The translations under genes were made by a program, and so were the position numbers. Below the pieces are notes generated by a model, which searched no databases, was not told the DNA's origin, and saw only the letters and a program-made list of their open reading frames with translations. This document shows, piece after piece, positions 46,166 to 53,721 of a stretch of DNA of 53,721 nucleotides. The stretch spans positions 1-53,721 of the forward strand of contig DAORIX010000004.1 of NCBI GenBank assembly GCA_035438745.1, read 5' to 3'. The number at the start of each line of letters is the position of its first letter. Positions within the stretch are counted from its first letter, which is position 1. Source of the stretch: Minisyncoccota bacterium (GTDB lineage Bacteria; Patescibacteriota; Minisyncoccia; Phycocordibacterales; UBA6065).

Positions 46166-46471
46166 ATGGCTAAGAAATTGTACGTTGGTAATCTCTCATA
46201 TAGCACCACAAATGACAGCCTCAAAGCTGCATTTGAGAAAGCAGGATCTGTTGTTTCAGCTTCTGTTCTCATGGACAAGATGACCGGCCGCTCACGCGGA
46301 TTCGGATTCGTCGAAATGGAAGATGCCGATGCAGAGAAGGCTATCGCTATGTTTGACGGAAAGGAGCTCGATGGCCGAAACGTCAAAGTAAACGAAGCAC
46401 GTCCTATGGAGGACCGTCCTCGCCGCACTTTTGATCGTGGAAACGATCGAGGAGAGCGCCGAAGCTTCTAA
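46166..46471 (+). CDS. RRM (RNP-1) RNA-binding protein
   Basis: LYVGNLSY (RNP2); RSRGFGFVEM (RNP1); LDGRNVKVNEAR. Confidence 0.95.
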   Translation: MAKKLYVGNLSYSTTNDSLKAAFEKAGSVVSASVLMDKMTGRSRGFGFVEMEDADAEKAIAMFDGKELDGRNVKVNEARPMEDRPRRTFDRGNDRGERRSF

Positions 46472-46502
46472 TACAGTACGGATTACATCCGTCCTCTATA
46501 AC

Positions 46503-46528
46503 AAAAAACCACCTTTGGGTGGTTTTTT
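46503..46528. terminator. Bidirectional terminator (AAAACCACC family)
   Basis: AAAAAACCACC-TTTG-GGTGGTTTTTT. Confidence 0.85.
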
Positions 46529-46547
46529 GTTTGTGTGGAAAGAAGGA

Positions 46548-48332
46548 TTATTTCTTTTTTACTGCTTTGTCTCGGTCTGATTTTGTAAGAAATTGTTTTC
46601 TCAAGCGTACGCTTTCAGGAGTAATTTCGAGATAGTCGTCGTCCTTCATGATTTCGAGACCGCGTTCAATAGAGAGTATAAAAGGCGGGATGAGCATGAT
46701 TGCATCGTCTTTACCTGCTGAGCGGTAGTTTGAGAGCACCTTTCCTTTCGCAGGATTCACTTCGAGGTCTTCACCCTTTGAGGTATTCCCCACAACCATT
46801 CCTGCATAGACTTCGGTTCCAGGGCCAATGTAGAGAGTTCCTCGTTCCTGAAGATTCCAAAGGGCAAATCCGGCAGCTTTTGCTGTTTCCATAGAGATCA
46901 TTGATCCGAACTCATGCTTTTCTATCATTCCTACGTGTGGACGGAATTCAACAAAGCGAGAAGAAATAAGTCCTTCACCTTTTGTGTCTACAACGAATTC
47001 ACCTCGGTAACCCAAAAGTCCTCGTGTGGGTATTTCGAAAGTGAGACGAGAGATACCCTCGTGTTCTTTGAGATTGGTGAGGATACCCTTACGTGCAGAA
47101 AGTTTTTTGATTACTTCTCCTGAGTGTTCGGTACGTACATCAACAGTTACTTCTTCAAAAGGTTCACAGCGTGCTCCATCAATGGTTTTTTCAATAACCT
47201 GTGGTTGTGATACTTGGAGTTCATATCCCTCTCTACGCATATTTTCTAGGAGAATAGAGACGTGGAGTTCTCCTCGGCCGTATACCTTGAAGATGTCGCC
47301 ACCAGAAAAATCAATACGGAGACCTACGTTTATTTCGAGTTCTTTTTCGAGGCGCTCTCTGATCTGTCGTGATGTCACAAATTTACCTTCTCGTCCTGCA
47401 AAAGGAGAGTTGTTTACGAGGAAGTTGAGGGCGATTGTCGGCTCGTCTACTTTGATAGCAGGGAGGGGAAGCTGGTCTTCTTTTTCACAAATAGTTTCGC
47501 CGATATAGATGTCAGAGAGTCCTGCAACCATAACAATGTCACCTGCGTGAGCTTCTTCTACGTCTTCGCGGTCGAGACCTTTGAATGTTGAAAGTTTGGT
47601 AACCTTACCCGTGCGTGTCTCTCCTGTAGGGGTTTTAATAAAGACGTTTTGTCCCATTTTAATTTTTCCTTCGTATATACGTCCAATAGCGAGTCGTCCT
47701 GTAAAGTTGTCATATCCGAGGTTGAACGGTTGCATACGGAGAGGAATGCTCGTGTCTGCTTGTGCTTGAGGAACAAGCTCGAGTATAGAGTCGAGGAGTG
47801 GTGTGAGGTCTTTTGATTCATCCTCGAGTTTCTTCTTTGCAATACCTTGGCGTCCAATTGAGTAGATCGTATGGAAATCAAGTTGTTCATCAGTAGCTCC
47901 GAGCTCAATAAAGAGTTCGAGAATTTCGTCGAGCACTTCTTTTGGTCGTGCTGCGGGTTTGTCGATTTTGTTGATGAGTACTATTGGCTTCATTCCAAGC
48001 TCGAGAGACTTTTTGAGTACAAAACGAGTTTGAGGCATAGGGCCTTCTTGTGCATCTACAAGGAGAAGCACGGTGTCGATTGATCTGAGTACGCGTTCTA
48101 CTTCTGAACCGAAGTCAGCGTGTCCAGGGGTATCAACGATGTTAATTTTTGTACCTTTGTATTCAATAGAGGCGTTTTTTGCATAAATCGTGATACCGCG
48201 CTCCTGTTCGAGTGCGTTTGAGTCCATGGAGAACCCTTCTTTTGCAGCACCAGTCTGTCTCATGATTGAGTCCATGAGTGTCGTCTTTCCGTGGTCTACG
48301 TGTGCAATAATCGCAATGTTTCGAATTTCCAT
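46548..48332 (-). CDS. typA: Translational GTPase TypA/BipA
   Basis: [10 protein letters not shown]; ERGITIYAK; [14 protein letters not shown]; GRGELH; PTRGLLG. Confidence 0.97.
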   Translation of the reverse strand: MEIRNIAIIAHVDHGKTTLMDSIMRQTGAAKEGFSMDSNALEQERGITIYAKNASIEYKGTKINIVDTPGHADFGSEVERVLRSIDTVLLLVDAQEGPMPQTRFVLKKSLELGMKPIVLINKIDKPAARPKEVLDEILELFIELGATDEQLDFHTIYSIGRQGIAKKKLEDESKDLTPLLDSILELVPQAQADTSIPLRMQPFNLGYDNFTGRLAIGRIYEGKIKMGQNVFIKTPTGETRTGKVTKLSTFKGLDREDVEEAHAGDIVMVAGLSDIYIGETICEKEDQLPLPAIKVDEPTIALNFLVNNSPFAGREGKFVTSRQIRERLEKELEINVGLRIDFSGGDIFKVYGRGELHVSILLENMRREGYELQVSQPQVIEKTIDGARCEPFEEVTVDVRTEHSGEVIKKLSARKGILTNLKEHEGISRLTFEIPTRGLLGYRGEFVVDTKGEGLISSRFVEFRPHVGMIEKHEFGSMISMETAKAAGFALWNLQERGTLYIGPGTEVYAGMVVGNTSKGEDLEVNPAKGKVLSNYRSAGKDDAIMLIPPFILSIERGLEIMKDDDYLEITPESVRLRKQFLTKSDRDKAVKKK

Positions 48333-48481
48333 ATAAAAATATAAATAAAAAGGGGAGCCCTATGGCTCTAGTAGGCGTTAATTAAAACAAATAATAGGCA
48401 AAAAGTAAAGGGGCATCTTTTTTGGGTGGGGAATAAAAAAGCACACATATATAATGTGTGCTTGAAGGGGTTTTGGGGCGC

Positions 48482-49072
48482 TTATGCCGCTACGGCTTGG
48501 GACTGTGTGAGTTTGAGATTTCTTAGGAGATACGTTCGTACTTCCTGAATGCTCAACTCACTGTTGTCGACGGAGATCCATAACGATGATTTGTGCCTAA
48601 GGAGTGCTTTCATGGGCTCCGTGAACTCAGCGAAATCTTTCATTCGCTTGATGGCCTTCTCGGGGCTATCATCCTCACGACCGTCGCGCGCGTCTCGTGA
48701 GAGACATACGCTCGCCGGTGTTTCAAACCAGATGGTCGTTACTTTGAAGCCTTGATGCTTCATGAACGCACAGATGGTTTTGGTCTGGGCGATGTTGCGG
48801 GGTACGCCATCGAGGATGAGGAGCGGGCTTTTGAGTTTACCAACAAGCCAACCTTTCAGTTCCTTGATGACAAACGCATCAGGTGAAAGACCTGTGTCTT
48901 TCAGCGACTGAAGAGCGGGGTTTTCTGAACCTGAGGCCTTGAGGGTTCTCAAGTGTGCTCCCATATCAATATACGGAGCGCCTGTGATGCTCGACAGGTA
49001 CTCGAGGTGGGTTTTTTTGCCACATCGAGGACGACCAACACCGATTACTACCCGTTTTTGATTTTTTTTCAA
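48482..49072 (-). CDS. Adenylate kinase-like nucleoside monophosphate kinase (divergent P-loop)
   Basis: GRPRCGKKT; DMGAHLR; LDGVPRNIAQ; REDDSPE; TTG start with AAAGGA 8 nt upstream. Confidence 0.8.
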   Translation of the reverse strand: MKKNQKRVVIGVGRPRCGKKTHLEYLSSITGAPYIDMGAHLRTLKASGSENPALQSLKDTGLSPDAFVIKELKGWLVGKLKSPLLILDGVPRNIAQTKTICAFMKHQGFKVTTIWFETPASVCLSRDARDGREDDSPEKAIKRMKDFAEFTEPMKALLRHKSSLWISVDNSELSIQEVRTYLLRNLKLTQSQAVAA

Positions 49073-49243
49073 AACGCGTATCCTTTGTTGTTTTTTGAGG
49101 TTTTTTGTCCTTCTTTCGCCATATGGAAAGAACAGGTCAGGTCACATAATCGCATACTTTATAGAAATGGTCAAATGGGCTCTTTGTCGGCTTTTTGAGG
49201 TATACTAGAAAGTATCGTTTTATTTGTATATCCTTATATATCT

Positions 49244-50380
49244 ATGAGAAAAAGCATTATTGGAATTTGTGTTGTTTTTTGTTTCTTCGGCTCTTACGCC
49301 TCTGCTGAGGCTGGTCTTTTTGTAACAAAAGATACCTATGTACTTCCTACGAATGAATCTGTAAAGGAAAATCTCTATGTCGCGTCAGACTCTATCTCAC
49401 TAGAGGGCAAGGTGGGTGGTGATGTATTTGGTCTCGGTAATTCTATTACCGTACTAGGGCCTGTTACGGGCGATATCTTTTTAGCGGGGTCAGAGCTTGA
49501 TGTTGTTTTTCCAACACAAGGGGATGTCCGTGTGCTGGGAGAGCATGTCTTTGTAGCGTCTTCGACAGCTGGTGATGTTATTGCTTTTGGTGACACTGTT
49601 CATATTGGGCAGGGTGTTACGGTAGGGGGCGATGTGTTTGTGCTTGCGAGCAAGACGAATATGCAGGGAGTTTTCAAGGGCGATGTTTCTGTTCAGGGAG
49701 ATAGCGTTGTTCTCGAAGGTTTGTTTAAGGGTGATGTTTCTGTAAAGGCTCGAGATGTACTTATAAAAAAAGGTACTGTCATTGACGGTGTTTTTAGTTA
49801 TCGTTCAACAAAACCCGCTGTTATGGAAGAGGAGGTGAATATCAAAACTATTGATTTCGTACCTTTCGAGGTTAGGCCTATGACATGGGGAATCTTGTCG
49901 TTCGTAGGGGTGTTCTTTTTGTTGAAAACACTCATGTGCTTTTTTGCAGGTCTGGTGTTGTTTGTTCTCTTTCGTAGATTTATTGAAGCATGTGCAACCG
50001 AAGCCACACTTCGGCCCGTCGCTCTATTTGGATGGGGACTACTCTTTGTTGTTGGGGTGCCGGTTATTATAGTTCTCTCGTTTGTAACCGTTGTGGGTTC
50101 TATGATTGGAGGAAGCCTAGCGTCTTTTTATATTGCTTTCATCGTTCTCTCAAAGATTTTAAGTTCAATTGTTGTTGGTATATGGTCATTCTCTCTCTTC
50201 AATAGAGACCGTGCAGTTATTGAGTATATGTCGTGGAAGGTCGTCGCTGTTGGTGCCATACTCTCAACTCTTCTTATGTTTATACCTATTATTGGTTGGT
50301 TGATTATGGGTGCGAGTTTCTTTGTGGCAACGGGAACACTACTTCGATTATTTCACGATCGTATTTGGCTCAATCGTTAA
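49244..50380 (+). CDS. Bactofilin-like beta-helix repeat protein with C-terminal multi-TM domain
   Basis: Signal peptide; repeated VxGDVxxxG units; five hydrophobic C-terminal segments. Confidence 0.75.
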   Translation: MRKSIIGICVVFCFFGSYASAEAGLFVTKDTYVLPTNESVKENLYVASDSISLEGKVGGDVFGLGNSITVLGPVTGDIFLAGSELDVVFPTQGDVRVLGEHVFVASSTAGDVIAFGDTVHIGQGVTVGGDVFVLASKTNMQGVFKGDVSVQGDSVVLEGLFKGDVSVKARDVLIKKGTVIDGVFSYRSTKPAVMEEEVNIKTIDFVPFEVRPMTWGILSFVGVFFLLKTLMCFFAGLVLFVLFRRFIEACATEATLRPVALFGWGLLFVVGVPVIIVLSFVTVVGSMIGGSLASFYIAFIVLSKILSSIVVGIWSFSLFNRDRAVIEYMSWKVVAVGAILSTLLMFIPIIGWLIMGASFFVATGTLLRLFHDRIWLNR

Positions 50381-50389
50381 AAAAGATAC

Positions 50390-50968
50390 ATGCGCCTTAA
50401 AAACATCATATTAAGTTGGGGTACTGAGTTCGGGCCTATCTTCGTGTTCTTTGTATCTTCTGAGCTTCTTGGTTTCATACCAGCGACAGCGCTCTTTGTT
50501 GCACTTACTTTTGTTGCGCTGATTGTTGCATATGTGCGAGAGAGGAGAGTGGCACTCTTTCCTCTTGTTGCTGGATTTTCTGTGATACTTTTTGGCTTAC
50601 TCACCGTACTCCTGAACAACCCTATTTTTTTGATAGTAAAAGATACTATATATAATGGCTTGTTCGGCGTCGCTCTCTACATAGGCCTCTATTTTTACAA
50701 AGAGCCTCTTCTCAAGGATTTGTTCGGTTCTCTTTTCAAAATGACGGATAAGGGGTGGACTATTTTGTCATTTAGGTGGATGATCGCTTTTTTTATTTTA
50801 GCCATTTCTAATGAGATAGTGTGGAGGCACTTTACGCCTGATGAGTGGTTGTATTATAAAATGCTCGCTACATTTGCTACTATTGTCTTTGGTTTCTATC
50901 AGTTGACGCTTTCTCGGCGTGAGCGTTTGCCAAATTCTAACCGTTGGGGAATGAACGTCGGTGAGTAG
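50390..50968 (+). CDS. YciB/IspZ-family inner membrane protein
   Basis: EFGPIFVFF; FLIVKDTI; W..LSFRW..FF..LA..NE.VWR. Confidence 0.88.
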   Translation: MRLKNIILSWGTEFGPIFVFFVSSELLGFIPATALFVALTFVALIVAYVRERRVALFPLVAGFSVILFGLLTVLLNNPIFLIVKDTIYNGLFGVALYIGLYFYKEPLLKDLFGSLFKMTDKGWTILSFRWMIAFFILAISNEIVWRHFTPDEWLYYKMLATFATIVFGFYQLTLSRRERLPNSNRWGMNVGE

Positions 50969-50992
50969 ATTTATTAGTTAAGTATAAAAACC

Positions 50993-51769
50993 ATGATTGA
51001 TATTGTTGTTTATTCAGCATTGGTCATTTTTGCATACATGACCATACTCTTTTTTGTAAGTCTTATAAAAAAGAATAATGGGCTGGTTGATATTGGGTAT
51101 GGTATGGGTTTTATTATCATTGCTCTTTTCTCTTATGCGTATGGTAAATCTTTTGCTCTGGCACAGACGGTTGCCACGGTACTCGTTTTGGTTTGGGGCA
51201 TACGATTGTCATACCGAATTGGTCGTAGAAATATAGGCAAGGAAGAGGATTTTCGATACAAGAAATGGCGTGAAGAGTGGGGTAAGTGGGTCATTCCGCG
51301 TAGTTTCTTTCAGATCTTTATGCTCCAAGGTCTCATTATTGTGATCATTTCTACGCCAGTTCTTTTGCTTAATGTGCTCGATATGGCGCAATGGACAGGT
51401 CAGCCACTTTTCTTTATTGGGGTAGCTTTATGGGTAGTAGGTTTTATTTTCGAAGCCCTGGGAGACGCACAGCTTGATCGTTTTATACGAAAGCCAGAGA
51501 ATAGAGGGCTCATTATGGACACAGGGCTCTGGAGATATACACGACATCCAAATTATTTCGGAGAGGCTCTCATGTGGTGGTCTCTATGGCTTGTTGCGGT
51601 GAGTGTGGGTGTCAGTGTGTATACGGTAATAAGCCCAATCCTCATAACCTTTCTTCTTTTGAAGGTGTCCGGTATTCCGCTCCTTGAAAAACGGTGGGCG
51701 GGCGATCCTGCATACGAAGAATATAAACGAAAGACATCAGTTTTTATTCCATGGTTTGTTAAGAAATAG
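50993..51769 (+). CDS. DUF1295 (steroid 5-alpha-reductase-like) membrane protein
   Basis: EDFRY; DAQLDRF; GLWRYTRHPNYFGE; SGIPLLEK. Confidence 0.92.
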   Translation: MIDIVVYSALVIFAYMTILFFVSLIKKNNGLVDIGYGMGFIIIALFSYAYGKSFALAQTVATVLVLVWGIRLSYRIGRRNIGKEEDFRYKKWREEWGKWVIPRSFFQIFMLQGLIIVIISTPVLLLNVLDMAQWTGQPLFFIGVALWVVGFIFEALGDAQLDRFIRKPENRGLIMDTGLWRYTRHPNYFGEALMWWSLWLVAVSVGVSVYTVISPILITFLLLKVSGIPLLEKRWAGDPAYEEYKRKTSVFIPWFVKK

Positions 51770-51776
51770 TTTCTTT

Positions 51777-51823
51777 AATAATAAAAAATACCCGTAACGA
51801 TGTTACGGGTATTTTTTATTATT
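51777..51823. terminator. Long bidirectional terminator
   Basis: TAATAATAAAAAATACCCGTAAC-GAT-GTTACGGGTATTTTTTATTATTA. Confidence 0.9.
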
Positions 51824-51839
51824 AAATGCGTAGTTTCTG

Positions 51840-52565
51840 TTAGAGTGTCTTTTTGCTGAGAAGTAAGAACTCCTTGTTCCCTTTACCTCCGAGGATAGGG
51901 GACTCGATAACTCCCAACACTTCACACCCATTCTTTTCAAAGGTAGACGTTACCTCGGTAACAACCTTGATATGAAGATCTTCATTTTTGACGATCCCTT
52001 TGGTTTTGTGAATATGGGGTCCAATTTCAAATTGAGGTTTTATGAGCGCGATAATCGTCCCGTGGGGTTTCAAAAGTGACACTACGGTAGGTATGACATG
52101 TGAGAGGGAAATGAACGACACATCGATGACTGCAATGTCGATTGGCTCTGGTAGGGATGACACCGTGCGTATGTCAGTTTTTTCAAAGAGTGTGATGTGT
52201 GGATTTTTTTTGAGTTCACTATCAAACTGATCTGTTCCGACATCGATTGCGTATACATGGCGTGCACCAGATTTGAGGGAGCAGTCAGTGAATCCTCCAG
52301 TAGAAGAACCAACATCGAGAATCACGGAATCTTTCAGTGAGATGTTCCATGTTTTTATTGCGTGCTCAAGTTTCTCTCCGCCACGACTTACAAAAGGACT
52401 TGTCTTGAGAAGGGTGAGCGTATCGGTAGGGAGAACATCTGTGTTTGCTTTTAGGATTATTTTTCCATTCATCAAAACATCTCCATTTTCTATGAGCGCT
52501 TGTGAGTGAGTTCGGCTCTTCGATAAGCCTCGTTTGTGTAGTTCTTTGTCGAGTCGTTCTTTCAT
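51840..52565 (-). CDS. tlyA: TlyA-family rRNA 2'-O-methyltransferase
   Basis: S4 domain; FVSRGGEKL; DVGSSTGGFTD; DVSFISL; LIKPQFE; GNKEFL. Start moved to 52565. Confidence 0.95.
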   Translation of the reverse strand: MKERLDKELHKRGLSKSRTHSQALIENGDVLMNGKIILKANTDVLPTDTLTLLKTSPFVSRGGEKLEHAIKTWNISLKDSVILDVGSSTGGFTDCSLKSGARHVYAIDVGTDQFDSELKKNPHITLFEKTDIRTVSSLPEPIDIAVIDVSFISLSHVIPTVVSLLKPHGTIIALIKPQFEIGPHIHKTKGIVKNEDLHIKVVTEVTSTFEKNGCEVLGVIESPILGGKGNKEFLLLSKKTL

Positions 52566-53012
52566 GTTTTTTTGTGGTAAGTAGTCTGAATAGGGAGATT
52601 TAAAAATTATGTCATAAAAAATGAATTTAAGCAAAAACGAGAAGAGGTCATTTTTAAAAAGAAGGATTTTTTAAATAGAGGATGTTTTTGATCGGGGAAC
52701 GCTTAAAAGGATGGGCTTTTTGCTGGTAGATGGGGGTTTATTCTTATTAAAAACCGTGGCTTTAATACGTTGATTATCTAGTAATGTTTATAAAAGTTTA
52801 AAAAACAAGATTAATATTTTTTATACTTAGAACTGCTTTGTTTTTGTATTAAAAAAATGAAGCTATTTTTATTAAAATTGGCAGTAGGGAATGCTTTGAA
52901 TTTTTAACATTCCAGTACAAAAAATAAAAATGTAAAGGAAAAGATTAAATAAGGAGTTTTTCCCCATATATGGAGGAGTTTATTCTACCCATAGACGATA
53001 TACTTTATACCA

Positions 53013-53721
53013 ATGACTGGCGATCTTTATTTTGATGGAAAAAAGTATATCTCGTCGAGGCGAGCTGCCGAGATTTTTCGCTATTCTAATGACTACATTG
53101 GGCAACTTGCTCGTGACAAAAAAATCGATGCTCGTATGGTGGGACGATCATGGTTCGTTTCTCACGAGTCTCTAGCGCAGTATTCCTTGGAAACAAAGGA
53201 TATAATCCGATCCCAACAAGACAAGTTTGTAAAAGAAAACAAAATTGAAGCAGTTCAGGTTTATCAAAAAAACGAGGAAAAAGAGCCAATCTCGGCTGGA
53301 AAACCAGAGGTTGCCCAGGAGAATTTCTTGCCATCTCTAAAAAAACTCAAAACACCTGAACCAAAGAAAGTGTTGAACGTCGCTTCAGCTCTCAATGCTT
53401 CCTACGTAGATGTTGATGCTCCTAAGGCTCTCTCAGTACAGGAGGTTCTCTCTCCGTACGTAGGTAAAATCTCAAAGAGCGATATATCGAAAAAGGCGAT
53501 GAGTCTTGCTCTCGCTGTTGTTATGGTTTTTGGATCATATTTTTCTTTCACCAATCCACACATAGCTTCAGCGCTACAGCAGACAGGAAAAAATATTTCA
53601 CGAGTGAGCGGTTCTTTTGTCGCTTCTCTTTCTCGTGCGTTTGAAATCGGAAAGGGTAACAGCGTTGCTCTCGCTTCTTCTTTTTCAGAATTAAATGTTT
53701 TTGAAAAAACAGCCGTATCTG
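53013..53721 (+). CDS. 5' part of a probably large protein: N-terminal excisionase/HTH_17-like domain, linker, TM helix (runs off the window; not in the ORF track)
   Basis: Translated manually: MTGDLYFDGKKYISSRRAAEIFRYSNDYIGQLARDKKIDARMVGRSWFV...AMSLALAVVMVFGSYFSF; no stop codon to the window end. Confidence 0.85.
   Translation, partial: MTGDLYFDGKKYISSRRAAEIFRYSNDYIGQLARDKKIDARMVGRSWFVSHESLAQYSLETKDIIRSQQDKFVKENKIEAVQVYQKNEEKEPISAGKPEVAQENFLPSLKKLKTPEPKKVLNVASALNASYVDVDAPKALSVQEVLSPYVGKISKSDISKKAMSLALAVVMVFGSYFSFTNPHIASALQQTGKNISRVSGSFVASLSRAFEIGKGNSVALASSFSELNVFEKTAVS

Noticed and set aside
52570-53012. AT-rich intergenic region as oriC
   Set aside because: No DnaA boxes (TTATCCACA) or dnaA/dnaN neighbours seen; probably the regulatory region of the downstream large gene.
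1-53721. CRISPR array, IS element, integrase or prophage
   Set aside because: No regularly spaced repeats and no transposase, integrase or phage structural genes were recognised.

Overview
A ~54 kb window of a small-genome bacterium, most likely Ca. Patescibacteria/Parcubacteria (inferred from gene content, compact SD-less core genes, short SMC and NusB fusion; genetic code 11). It is mostly core housekeeping DNA: alr, rpmG, miaA, parB, topA, dprA, serS, dus, rpmF, nusB, rnc, smc, rnr, rpsP-khpA-trmD, rpoB-rpoC-dnaG-rpoD, a UvrD-nuclease, uppP, hisS, truB, typA and tlyA, plus tRNA-Trp(CCA) and tRNA-Leu(CAA). Small self-contained accessory cassettes lie between these genes. No rRNA operon, CRISPR array or transposase was seen. 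The main discovery is at 275-545 on the minus strand: a free-standing ~200-nt transcription unit with its own promoter and terminator. It consists of a tRNA-like cloverleaf ending in ACCA, fused directly to a near-complete copy of the 23S rRNA L1 stalk (H76-H78) that carries compensatory base changes. Other candidates are a promoter-to-terminator sRNA/28-aa ORF unit, a separately transcribed 12-aa polybasic peptide, a hinge-less SMC, a NusB-Nudix fusion, substitutions in the RpoB rifamycin pocket, a shared terminator family, and a split between leaderless core genes and SD-led accessory genes. All folding and alignment were done by eye and from memory; no database searches were run.
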